Source: Eledone cirrhosa (taxonomy: Eukaryota). From it: a DNA stretch of 64,000 nucleotides. Location of the stretch: the NCBI GenBank assembly GCA_964016885.1, contig OZ024758.1, positions 15,934,001-15,998,000 of the forward strand. The letters run 5' to 3'. How positions within the stretch are numbered: position 1 is the stretch's first letter; every line of letters starts with the position of its first letter. The translations under genes were made by a program, and so were the position numbers. The notes beneath the pieces are model-generated. The model had not been told where the DNA came from and ran no database searches. It worked only from the letters and a program-made list of their open reading frames with translations. Shown here one piece after another: positions 12,940-26,600 of this stretch.

Positions 12940-13335
12940 AGATCTGCCGGCTAACTACCCTTTTCAGCCTGTGGAGTTCGAGACATTTGGGCCGCTAACT
13001 GCGAGGTTCTTATCTTCCCTGGCGGCTCGCATAACAGAGGTAACAGGTGAAGCTCATGAGGGCGCTTGGCTGTTCAGCCTCGCCATCATCCGAAGTAATA
13101 CTACGAGCGTGCTGGCTTGCCTCAATAATTATTAAAGAGGTTTCCCAGTGCTCCTCGCGATATTGTTATCTTTTACTCTAGTAGCGGCTCGTTTGTCCAC
13201 CTCTTTCGCCTGCCTTTTGTTGTATGTGGTCCTAGATGTGTGTATTACCTGCTTGTGTGTTATATGTGGTCCTAGATGTATGTATTACCTGCTTGTGTGT
13301 TGTATGTGGTCCTAGATGTGTGTATTACCTGCTTT
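12940..13335 (+). mobile_element. Second CRE-like 3' fragment with 40-bp repeat tail
   Basis: YPFQPVEFETFGPLTARFLSSLAARITEVTGE, homologous to 14040-14230. Confidence 0.75.
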
Positions 13336-13627
13336 GTATATATTATATGTGTTTGTGTTCAGTAACCATTATATTCGCCGAGGTTAGCTTTGCCTTTCAT
13401 CCTTACGGGGATAATAAAATAAAGTACCAGTAATGTACTGTGATAATTGCTGGTCTTGTGCCAAAAGTAATCTTTCTGAATGAATCGCGAGCAATTTATA
13501 ATGTTATCTAAGCATTTGTAATGTTATTTATGTATTTATTTAAAACATATTTGTTATGTTATTCTACTGTCAATTTATTTATATGCTCTGTTTATGTTTT
13601 CATTCTGAAAGAATTGCAAACGATTTG

Positions 13628-14320
13628 TTGGTGGCCTACTCAGCCTGGACGAACTTCGTGTCTCCATCGCCCTCAGAGTGGGAGCTGACGTCTGCATGGG
13701 TTTGAGGTACCGATGCGGCAAACTCCTCGACTCTACAGGCCTCCACGGTCTTTCTTGCTGCCTGAATGCCGGCCGCTTCGCGCGTCACACGGAGCTAAAC
13801 TTCATTCTGAAGAGAGCTTTGGCCCGGGCGAATATCCCTTCAGTCTTGGAACCATCTGGGTTGTCCAGAAGTGATGACCTTACCCTGTGCCCCTGGTTGA
13901 GAGGCAGGTGCCTTGTCTGGGACGTCACTGTTAGTGACTCTTTTGCTTTCCCCCACATCCTAGATGCTGCGGTTAGGACGAGAGCCACTGCTTCCGCAGC
14001 CGAGCGGAATAACACCCTCAAATACTCTGATCTGTCGGCCAGCTACATTTTTCAGCCTGTGGCTTTCGAGACGTTTGGGGGAGTCGGGCCGCTGACTGCG
14101 AGGTTCCTCTCTTCACTGGCGGCTCGCCTAATAGAGGTAACTGGCGAATCTCGCGAGGACGCTTGGCTGTTTCAGCGCACCAATTTCGTCATCACCTGAG
14201 GCAACGCTGCCAGTGTGCTGGCTTGCCTCAAAAGTCATTAGAGAGGTTGCCCAGTACTCTTCGCGACGTTGCTGTATTTTGCTCTGGTATTGGCTCGGTT
14301 ATTCACTTCTTCCTTTAATA
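13628..14320 (+). mobile_element. CRE/R2-group non-LTR retrotransposon 3' fragment (Zn knuckle plus restriction-like endonuclease)
   Basis: ORF 13678-14199: RCGKLLDSTGLHGLSC (decayed CCHC), RHxxLNxILKRAL, EPSGLSRSD..DLTLCPW..GRCLVWDVTV, KYSDL..YIFQPVAFETFG. Decayed, with the RPD motif partly deleted. Confidence 0.8.
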
Positions 14321-15239
14321 TTGTAACAAGAATATATCTTTCTGAATGAATCGCGAGCTATTTATAATGTTATCGAAGCATTTGTAATGTTATTTATGTA
14401 TATATTTAAAACATATTTGTTATATTATTCTACTGTAAATTTATATGCTCTTTATACTGTAAATTTATATGCTCTGTTTATATTTTCATTCTGAAAGAAT
14501 TGCAAACGATTTGTAATGTTATTTATACTTAATAAAAATTGAAATGTTACATTTAAAAAAAAAAAAAAAGTTGTAATATTATTTATACAACGATGAATTT
14601 TTTTTATACAAACAACTGTGACTAAAATATTTTCTTCCTACACGGAAAAACAACAACAAACAACAAAACTAATTAATAAGCACTTACCATCGTTCTCAAT
14701 ATTAATCATAACGATAACAATGAAGTTTGTTAAGTGAAATAAATTCTGGTTAAATAAACACAAATATTTCTCATTCGTTTTCACAATGCTTTTTTTTTTG
14801 TTTTTTTCACTTTAATCATATATATCTTTATGTATTATATTTAAATGATTACATGTATATACCGCTATTTAATCTTATATATTTGTTATATGATAATAAA
14901 ACTTTATCTTTACGATTATGTAGTCAGTAGGTTACCTTACTTGTTGCTTAGCAACATAGTTACCTATTATTTGTTAATGATTCAGGTGTCATTCACAATG
15001 GATCTCGTTTCAGATTTTTTTTTTCTTTATCAGTCCAATTGACTGATTCATTATTTATATATATATAATAAAGTACCAGTAATGCACTGAGTTATTGCTG
15101 GCCTTGTGCCTAAAATAGAAACAATTATTTATATATATATATATATATATTTATTTATTTATATATAGGAAAAGATTCAGGACCCCGACGGTTGAGCTCC
15201 GGCCGTTTCGACACTTGGTTCCTTACCACACTTTCTTTG

Positions 15240-15310
<71 letters not shown>

Positions 15311-15313
<3 letters not shown>

Positions 15314-15480
15314 AGGGTGTCTCGCCAAAATTTATACACACTTTGATTACCTGTAGAGGCAATATTTATTAGAATGCTGTTGAGGTGTGTATACATTTAT
15401 TTGCGACACCCTGTGTATGTATATATATATATATATATATATATACATACACAGGGTGTCGCAAATAAATGTATACACTT
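15311..15480. mobile_element. Small Tc1-like MITE (TA-CAGGGTGT...ACACCCTG)
   Basis: CAGGGTGTC/GACACCCTG termini inside (TG)/(TA) tracts. Relatives at 30355-30435, 31555-31628, 32020-32108 and 42240-42310. Confidence 0.65.
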
Positions 15481-16141
15481 ATATATATATATATAAGTAG
15501 AGTCGGGGGGAAACCACAATAAAAGGGTACTCAATACGTGTCTCTCTATATATATATATTATAAATACACATATGTATGTGTGTGTGTATATGTATATAT
15601 ATATATATATATATAATAACTCCGGAAAACTATCTGTTGAGTGCTTCCAATCTATTGTAAAACTAATTCTTTGATTTATTCATCGAACTTTGTTTAACCT
15701 TTAAATATATATATATATATAAACTATTTTACACTGAGTAAAATGATTTTCACCTTCTTTATTAATAATATCCAGTTAAACTCAAACATTTTGACCAAGA
15801 AATAAACTTCTATTTTTGGAGTAAAATTACTGGTATATTAAAACACAAAACAACTTTTACCCCTCCACCCGACTGTCAAATTATATAATTTTAAAATATT
15901 TAATATGGTGCAAGCTCTCGTAACTGGTTGACGGAATGTAAACACTATAATCGACATTTTCCGTCACATTTTAATAGGCACACACACATATTTATAAATA
16001 TATATATGGGTAAAGTTATACACATACACATATATATATATATACTGAAACATTTATTTAAATAAATATTTGCTCTACGGTTCTTATATATTTATCCTTA
16101 TTGAGCCCTCTTTGGATTTTAGTCTTCAAGTTTATTATTAT

Positions 16142-16182
<41 letters not shown>

Positions 16183-19100
16183 CACAAATATATGTGTAAA
16201 TATATAAATATGATTTATGGAAAATGACAAAAAAAAGAAGAAAAATTGCCAATTTTGTTGACATTACGTCTACCCTTGAAAGAAACCATTAACATTTGTT
16301 GCATCAGTACCAAAGAAGTCATTGAATTTACATTACGGAGTTCTCTCCCTTGAAAATATTATTTGAACGCTACAAGTTTAATTCTAATTGTGGAGATGCG
16401 TGGCCTAGTGGTGTGTTGGACTTACGATCGTAATGTCGAGGGTTCTCTTCCTGAACTGAATTGTATGTTATGATCTTGAGCAAAACATTTCATTTCACGT
16501 TGCCCCCATTATACTCAGCCGAAAATACATGTTTTATATATATTTTTTTTGTTTAGATGGAAGACAAAACAAAGAAGATGAATACAAAGATGAAGAGAAA
16601 AATAAAGATGAAGAACCTCACCGCACCACACTTCACGACACCCCATAAAAACATACAACACTACACCACACCACTCCACACCACAACACAACACACCACA
16701 CCTCACTACATCACACCACATAACACCCCAAATTTGTTCATGTGTTATCAACTAATCCGAACTCCAAGATGTTTGTTATTGACTCTCTCTTCTTGGAAAC
16801 CTTAGGTGGATGCACTTCTCTCATTTAACCCCAGAGTTTTCTCATGTTATCAAGGAATATGACCTCCAAACCAGTTGGAAATGATAGTTGTTCTAGGGAG
16901 GGGTAAAGCAGGTGGAAAAACCATTGTCGTTTTGTAGATATTTCACATCACATCACATCTCGCCTCATTTCACCACGCCACGCCACATTTCACCATGCCA
17001 CGCCACATCACATCACATGCTACCACACCACTGTCTATTCGACTGTTTTCTATTTCGTAGGTGTCCAGTTACAGTAAGAGAAAGTTATTTCAAAGGATCT
17101 GAGTAAGTAAACACTTCATTGACCATCATTTTAAGCAGAATCTCAGTGTAGTTTTAAATTGACCTTTTCATATGATTACACATCAGTCTTAACTTAATCA
17201 CCTGTAGATGGATGCTACATGTAATGTTAAAATTAGTTAAACACTGTTTCCTCTTTCTCATCACATGTGGATGCTACATGTGTATTGTTAACATTAATCT
17301 AACGTTGTCCCCCCCCCCCCCCCCGCCTCACCATATCATACCACACCACATCACACCATGATATGGACCCCAGTCCCTATCATCTCATTTCTACAGCTGA
17401 GTAAACTGGAGCAATGTGAAATAAAGTGTCTTGCTCAAGGAAACAACACATCACCCGGTCTGAGAATTGAACTCACAACCTTTCGATTGCAAGGCCAATG
17501 CTCTAACCACTCTTGATATTATTTATTTTGAGAACAATACCTTAATGCCAGTATGAGCGGCCGGTTATGACCAGTTTGAACAGAGAGAGGTGAGAGAATT
17601 CTGGCTGGATATGGCTAGTTTCAATGCTAAAGGGTTAAACAAGTTGAAGACTGTCTGAAGCCATCAGGTCAGTGCTTATCTTCCAGTTTTATTTGTTATT
17701 GATGTAAAGTGACTGAAAGTACAAGCTCCCACTTCCATCCATCTTGCTCGGGGTCTTCTGCTGGTTGGTTTTTGCCTGTAAAATCTGTCAACCTTATCTA
17801 TATTGCTGGCCTTGTGCCTAAGGTGGAAACATTTATATTTCCAATACAATTTTCATTCCAGTGTTTTTTCAAGTATGTCAATGCAGTTGGCGAGTTGTGA
17901 TGCATGGTTAACCTGTCCATGTGTGTGTTGCAATAACATATCTCACACAGTGGCCTGCCAATCACAATCTTTGTTGAGCTATCTTATGAGTTAATTTCAG
18001 TTGACCAGCATAACGTTCTATATTGATGGTGTAGTTCTTTCATGTGATTCTAAGAACTATCATGGAGGCACATGGTTTAGTGGTTAGAGCATTGGCCTTG
18101 CAATCGAAAGGTTGAGTTCAATTCTCAGACCGGGTGATGTGTTGTTTCCTTGGGCAAGACACTTTATTTCACATTGCTCCAGTTTACTCAGCTGTAGAAA
18201 TGAGATGATAGGGACTGGGTCCTTATCATTCCACTGCAAAAAGGCACCCAGCCCACACTGTAAAGTGGACGTGTAGGCACCCCGGAAAAAAAGCACCCAG
18301 CACTCACTGTAATTGAGGTTGGTGTTAGGAAGGGCATCCAGCTGTAGAAATCAAGCCAGAATCAGTTCCCGTCTCACCCTTGCAAGCAGGGAAAAGTGGC
18401 TGTAAAATGATGATGATGATGATGATGATCAGTAACATGTGGAATGTCTTGTTGATTCTCAAGCTTTATACAGGTAAAATTCCGTTATAACGAATACCAT
18501 TATAACAAAATTTTTTCCAATCCTTGGGGGAATAACAAGCAAATAATTAATTTGTTTCTGTGAATTTGTTACAACAAATTGTTTTTATATCCCATGAATT
18601 TCGTTATATCGGAATTTCACTGTATATGTGTCCATTTTTATATAAAGATCTGATGAAATTGTTGCTAAACTTACTGACCTACAATCATTTCCAAATAAAT
18701 CAAGAGGCCTTCCTATTTCTTAGCTCATCCAAATCCATTGTCACCATTAAATTTATTTAACAAATCTAGTGACTTGAATACAGAGAGGCCACTGAACTAA
18801 AAGTTAAGCATTGTATTTTAGAAATACAAGAGTGAAAACTAAAATAACATAAAAAACAAAACAAAAGTTTACACTTTTATCTTATATTTCACATTTTGCA
18901 GTTAGGACATCTTTTTCAAAAGAAAAGAATCAGAGGCCCTAATTATCATGAACTATAAGGTAAAAGTTTAAACTGTTTTGTATAGCATTTAGTGTGAAGG
19001 CACATGGGGCTTGCAATCCGAAGGTTGTGAGTTCGATTCCTGGGTGATGCGTTGTGCCCTTGAGCAAGACACTTTATTTCACGTTGCTCCAGTTTACTCA

Positions 19101-20525
19101 GCTGTAGAAATGAGTTGCCACGTCACTGGTGTCAAGCTGTATCGGCCATTGCCTTTCCCTTGGACCACATCGGTGGCATGGAGAGGGGAGACTGGTATGA
19201 ATGGACATGGGCGACTGCTGGTCTTCCACAAACAACCTTGCCCAGACTTGTGCCTTGGAGAGGAACTTTCTAGGTGCAAATCTCATGGTCATTCTTGACC
19301 GAAGAGGTCTTTACCTTACCTTTAGCATTTACATTATTTTCACGGTTAAGGCTTTACCTCACATTAATATTGAAGCTACGAGATTTTGATAACAATACCT
19401 TAACATAAGTATGAGCAGCCGGTTTGAACAGAAAGAGGTGATAAAATTCTGGCCGGATACAGCTGGTTTAAAGTTTCACTCTTATATTTCTAACTTGCAT
19501 TGTACCAGCTTTCCTAAAACAATCATAACCACATATTTTATAATGCTACATATAAACTATTTTATAATTTATTACATAAATTTCGAAAATTATAGTCTTA
19601 TCCATGAAATTTTAATTTTTACTATGGACAAGTCCTCAGATTTGTAGTTAAAGAGTGTAGTCAGTTGAATTAACCTCAGTACTGGAATGTTTTCCCTCAA
19701 TTCCTATGATTAAGGCAATTGATTTAAGATAAAATGTAAAGGTATGCATCTTTTCCTCAACAAGCCTAGATTTTTTAACCTTTAACCCTTTGGCATTTAC
19801 ATTACTCTATATTTACTATTGTATTTTCATAGGCTTTACCTCACATAATATCGAATCTATGAGATTTTGATATTATTCATTTTGAGAACAATACCTTAAC
19901 AACAGTATGAGTGGCTGGTTATGTCCGGTTTGGACAGAAAGAGGTGAGAGAATTCTGGCCTGATATGGCCGGTTTAAAGTTTATGATACTGAAATACACA
20001 GTTAAATATCATGATGTAAGGGTATAACTTCCATCTTAAAGGAAATTATAAAATTATAATTAAAGAATGAAACAACATTTGATATTAAACACAGAGACAC
20101 AGTTTTATATATACATATTGCCTACCTAAATATTCCGAGTGTAGTTAAAGAAGCTAAACACACTTATTTAAATAGGTCAGGCTGCAAAAAATATATAATT
20201 ATCATAGGGAAAATGTAGAATATACCCCTACATTTGTAACTATTTTTATAAAAAAAAAAAAAAAGAGAGAGGACAGTACTTTTGTTTTCTAAAATAAGTG
20301 AAAGAAAATCAAGGAATTTCAAATTTACAAGAAATTGTTCATGAGAATCTTCAAATAGACAAAAGTAGATGTTTGTAATTTCTGTCAGCCATCAGCAACA
20401 ACAGCACACTAGCACAAATACTCAAAGACCCCCGAGTAGAAAGTTTATTTAGACAGCAGCAGAGTCCAAGTGAGTTTACAACAAAAACAGCAAAGAGGAG
20501 AAACTTGTTTGCTAGAATGCTGTAG

Positions 20526-20561
<36 letters not shown>

Positions 20562-20665
20562 TATATGGGTGTGTTTTTTTTTCGGATTTGGATGCTGTTT
20601 TAAAATTGTTCAGATACTTGTTAAGTGCAATCCACTTCTAGTTGCTAGAATGTTTTACAAGACAG

Positions 20666-23600
20666 CTATTGGTAAGAATTTCCAAAAATTGGTTTCGCTG
20701 GCAACTGCGATGGATCTTCTATCATACTTCTGTTTGCTACAAAGATTTAAAAAAAAAAAAAATGTAAAGAATACAAACAATTCAGTTATTAAAAGCATAC
20801 ATGTGTGTGTGTGTACACATGTATGTGTACACACATACATGTGAAACATTTATGTAAGATCTATTTAAAATTTCTTGAGAGCAGGTGTGGAGGAGGGCTT
20901 TTTATTACGAAGTCAGAGGATGGTCTGCCAGAACGCTTTATTTGTTGATCTGAAGTCGGATTTCAGATTAACCTCAAAGTCCTCCCATGTTTTAACTTTG
21001 GATGCTTTTTACTGTCCCTGCTGCGATTTTTCGTACCTGCTTGTACCACAAGTGCAAGAAGGAGGACTTATTTCCAAGCTTTGTAAGTTAGAATGTCTCA
21101 GGAAAGAATTGCTGGACAGATTTTACAAGCAAAACCAACCAGCAGGAGACCCAGGGGTAGACACTGAGTAAGATCGCTGGATAACAACCACGATCTTGGC
21201 TGGTCATGTTTGGGGATCCAGCCGAATCAGATGGAGACAGTTGCTTCTGATAGGGCCCGCTAGAATGACAGTTTGAGGACTCTGCCTCCACGACCCTCTC
21301 AGGAATAAGTGGGCGAAGTAGTAGTAGTAGTATTTAAAATTAAAATTAGGGAAATAATCCAAGTCTGCTTTGTGAAGGCGCATGGCTTAGTGGTTAGTGT
21401 GTTGGGCTTGAAATCGAGAGGAAGTCAGTTCGATTCCTGGACCAGGTGATGCATTATGTCCTTGAGCAAGACACTTTATTTCACCTTGCTCCAGTTTACT
21501 CAGGTGTAGAAATGAGTTGCGATGTCACTGGTGCAAAGCCCTATTAGCCATTGCCTTTCCTTTCAACAACATTGGTGGTGTTTGATGTTTATGCAGATGC
21601 TGCGAGCCGCATATATTCTAACCATTAGAGAAAGCAAACATGAATGCTTCACCTTTGGCGCAAGACATGGTGATAACCCATCTAAACCATGCCAGCATAG
21701 AACACAGATGTCAAATGATATTTGATGATGATGATGATTATAGCACATAACCTTTGAAGGTACATCTAAAGAATCACCATCATCATCACCGTTTAACGCC
21801 CACTTTTCCACATTGGCATGGGTTAGACGAGATAATACAAGAAAGAAAAACAACAATCTCTCCACATCAGAAACTCACCTGGATTGAACTGTTCTGCTGA
21901 AAACCGGGTAATTAAAATGCCAACACCTTCAATTAATGCAAGTAACACACCACCTGGTAAAAGACAGGTAAAAGACAAAGGTAGATGAAGAAAAGTGGAA
22001 GGTGTGAAGTTTGAAAATCTTAACTCTGAAACTGTAAACTCAAAGACTTAACAAACAAGTTTAACCCTTTAGCGTTTGCATTACTCTATATTTACTATTG
22101 TATTTTCAGGGTAAAGGCTTTATCTCGCATAATATTGAAACAGATTTTGAAATTATTTATTTTGAGAACAATACCTTAACATAAGTATAAGCAGCCAGTT
22201 ACAGCTGGTTTGAACAGAAAGAGGTGAGAGAATTCTGGCCGGCTATGGCAAGTTTAAATGCTAATGGGTTAACCCTTTAACATCTAGATTACTCTACTAT
22301 TATATTTTCGTGGTAAAGGCTTTATCTCACATAATATTGAATCTATGAGATTTTGATGATGATATTTAGTTTGAGAACAATACCTTAATGTCAGTATGAG
22401 TGGCTAGTTATAGCTGGTGAGAGGTGAGAGAGTTCTGGTCAGATACGGTTGGTTTAAATGCTAAAGGATTATATTTTAGAATAAAACCATATCCAAGAAT
22501 AATATGAGTATTGCTTCATTATATACATTAGTATGAATACATTCATGGCCCTGTAATTCCTGAGGGAGTTGTAGGGACACTGTATTGATATACAGTGTTT
22601 GTAGTGCATTTTAAAACCTGGTGGAATCCATCCCATCTCCAGCGGATTTCTTCCAGAGAATGTGAGAAAGAGATATAGAGGAAAAATCGACCGCAGTATT
22701 AAACTGGTACATTTTTTTTATCAACCTCGAAAGGCTGAAAAGCAAAGTTGACTTCAGCGGGATTTGAACTCAGAAAGAAGAGAGCCAGAACAAATACTGT
22801 AAAGTATTCTATCCGATGTTCTAACAACTCTGCCAATTCATCGCCCACATACGTTAGTATGATATATATTAACATATATCATTTGAGATAATTTTAATTA
22901 GAGAAATTGACTGAAATTAGAGATAAAAAAAAGATCTAACTCACCAATTATTGCTGAGCCAACCATTGCACCAGCACCATCTGTAATGTAACAAGAAAGA
23001 GTTAAAATATAACCAACAGTAGGAGACTTAGACTATCAGCAACATGACATTTTTGGAAAGGATCCAAGATTGGTGGGATAACCACTACTGGATAATCCCT
23101 AGACCAGAGACCTGGTCTGAAATATTTTTTGGCTTAGTGGATAGAGCATTGGCCTTGCAATCAAAAGGTTGTGAGTTCAATTCTCAGACCGGGTGATGTG
23201 TTGTTTCCTTGAGCAAGACACTTTATTTCACATTGCTCCAGTTTACTCAGCTGTAGAAATGAGATGATAGGGACTGAGGTCCATATCATTCCACTGCAAA
23301 AAAGCACCCAGCACTCACTGTAAATGAGGTTGGTGTTAGGAAGGGCATCCAGCTGTAGAAATCAAGCCAGAATCAGTTCCCGTCCCACCCTTGCAAGCAG
23401 GGAAAAAGCGGACGTAAAATGAAATGATGATGATGATGAATCCCTAGACCAGAGACCTGGTCTGAAATATTACTGGATAATCCCTAGACCAGAGACCTGG
23501 TCTGAAATATTACTGGATAATCCCTAGACCAGAGACCTGGTCTGAAATATTACTGGATAATCCCTAGACCAGAGACCTGGTCTGAAATATTACTGGATAA

Positions 23601-26600
23601 TCCCTAGACCAGAGACCTGGTCTGAAATATTACTGGATAATCCCTAGACCAGAGTTCTGGTCTGAAATATTACTGGATAATCCCTAGACCAGAGTTCTGG
23701 TCTGAAATATTACTGGATAATCCCTAGACCAGAGTTCTGGTCTGAAATATTACTGGATAATCCCTAGACCAGAGACCTGGTCTGAAATATTACTGGATAA
23801 TCCCTAGACCAGAGTTCTGGTCTGAAATATTACTGGATAATCCCTAGACCAGAGTTCTGGTCTGAAATATTACTGGATAATCCCTAGACCAGAGACCTGG
23901 TCTGAAATATTGCTGGATAATCCCCAGATGAGAATTCTGGTCTGAAATATTGCTGGATTATTCCCAGACCAGAGAGTCCTGGTCTGAAATATTGCAACAG
24001 TGCGAACTCTGTTAAAGGCACTCCAAATCAGGTGCTACCGTTCATCTAATGAGTTTCTGTATATACACTTTGCCTTCTAAGGCTTGGGTTGCCCAGAGGT
24101 TATGGTAGAAGAAGCTCAATGGAATCAAATTCTGGACCTTGTGATTGTGAAACAAACTTTTTAGCCACACAGCAGTGCTTGGAACGACAAATGTAGGTGA
24201 TCGACTATGATATTTTAATACAAAATCTGTGAAGATTAATAAAGAAAAAAATATTAGCGAAAAGCCCAAATATGAATCAATAAGAAAATTTGATTACATC
24301 ACCGCTCACACACAATTTGTTTTTGCATATAATAAAGAGCATTTTTATCTTTTTTTTTAAAATCAGGATTAACTGAAGAGTACTATTCCTCGTTATTAAC
24401 TTGAAAAACCAGATATCGAAACTGTCTAAATGACATTAAACATCTCATCTTCCACCTTTTCCTACTTATGGTCACGTATTGCTGGTGTTGTACTTATCAT
24501 TCTAAGTCTCAAGATTATTGTAAATAAAAATCAGATAACTTACTTCGAATAGAGAGTACGGCTCCTGTCAGGGCACCACTTGTGATTGAATTCCAGGGGT
24601 CCTCTTTTTTTCGAACATATACTAAAGAGCAATCAATGGCAGAAAACAGACCTCCCCACACTGCAAAATTACCTGTGAGAAAATGAATAAGGACCACTGA
24701 AAATATCTTATACAGCTAAAAAAAAATGGTCTCCCAACCATTCCTGCATCAAATGGAACAAACCCGTCTAACCCATGCTAGCATGGAAGATGGACGCTAA
24801 ATGATGATGATGATGATGATGATGATGATAATAACAGTGTACACCCAGCATCACAGAATTCTTTTTTAGAACCTAACTAATAATTATTTGTGGAATCGTA
24901 AATATCTTCCGCAATATATATTTTTTAATCACAATATACCATATTTGCCAGCCTATTGGACAGCCCTTCGCATAAGACGTTCCCTCTTGTTTTATTATAT
25001 TTTGATATTTATATGCATTTTTATGGACCACGTCCAATATTCGCGGCTTTTCATGGGTGCTGTAGGAACGTAAGCCCGACCGAGACACGATTTCCCGACC
25101 AATCTCGCCTGAAGTGGGACAAAACCGTCCAGCCCATGCTAGCGTGGATGATTGACGTTAAATGATGATGATGATATATAGAAAATACTATCACTGTCAC
25201 TTGCAATCGAGTATGACTTGGTTGTATGTGTACCATGCTTATGCTAAGGGTTTTAGGTGTCCATCAGTCATGAGTAATTCACTGAATCACCTATATATAT
25301 ATATATAGGAAGGGTATCCAGCTGTAGAAATCAAGCCAGAATCAGTTCCTGTATGAGCAAGGCATGGTCAGCCAACGGACACTGCCCTCAACAGGACAAC
25401 CCGTCTAACCCATGCTAGCGTGGAAGAACGGACGTAAAACGGTGATGATGATGATATGTATATATATTATAATCCAATGTGCATCTGCTATAGTTCAGCT
25501 GCAACTTCGGTTATACTCATTAATTTTATTATATCCGTCTAACCCATGCTAGTGCGGAAAGTGGACACTAAACGACGATGGTGATGATGATGATATATAT
25601 CTTAACTATAATAAAGAAAGGAGTGCGGGACTGCGTCCAGAAAATATTTTTTTATCCCGTTTGTAAAATAAGTTGGATTCTATCTATCTATCTATCATTT
25701 TATGTCCGCTTTTCCCTGCTTGCAAGGGTGGGACGGGAACTGATTCTGGCTTGTTTTCTACAGCTGGATGCCCTTCCTAACACCAACCTCAATTACCCAA
25801 TGCATTACTGGTACTTTATTCTATCGACCCCGGAAGGATGAAAGGCAAAGTTAACCTCGGCGGGATTTGAACTCAGATCACACAGGGAGGTAACTCTATG
25901 CTTCAAAGCATGGCATGCGACCCTCTACTGATACTGCCAATCCACCGCCTTTGAATAAATAATTGTTTCTACTTTAGGCACAAGGCCAGCAATTACTCAG
26001 TGCATTACTGGTACTTTATTTTATCGACCCCGTAAGGATGAAAGGCAAAGTCAACCTCGGCGAGATTTGAACTCAGATCGTAAAGGGACGTAACTATGCT
26101 GGAAAACATGGCGTCCGACCCTCTACTGATACTGCCAATCCACCGCCTTTGAATAAATAATGAATGAATATTACATAATTTATGTACTAAATTCATGATT
26201 AAATATAAATAATTTTATTGCTTATTTAATGATTCACTTTTTTAAAATTTTCAAATGTCAACACTTCCGGTTAGCAATCGCTTATATAAACATTCATATA
26301 TTTCCGTCGCTAATTTTTTTCCTAATGCAGTTTATATATAATATCGTCTTTTTTTAAATGTATCATGGATTACTTTACTGATTACATAAGACAGTGCAAC
26401 ACAGTCTTCGTTCAATTTCTGTGGATATTGTCAATTACGATTTTATTTGATATATCATATCTACATGTATATATATTTGCATATAATATCAATATGCACA
26501 CTACACATGCTAGCAGAAAACCACCCGGTAGGTGGTTTTTCTGCTAGTGTATATAATACATATGCATGTGTGTGAGAGTATGTCAATGGTAGGTGATGTC

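Noticed and set aside
16555-16805. Plus-strand charged, low-complexity ORF after a tttag acceptor
   Set aside because: Low-complexity (GAA/CAC-rich) sequence with no partner exons.
23440-23995. CRISPR-like array of palindromic 40-bp repeats (also 59075-59422)
   Set aside because: Units are head-to-tail with no unique spacers, there are no cas genes, and the context is a eukaryotic intron.
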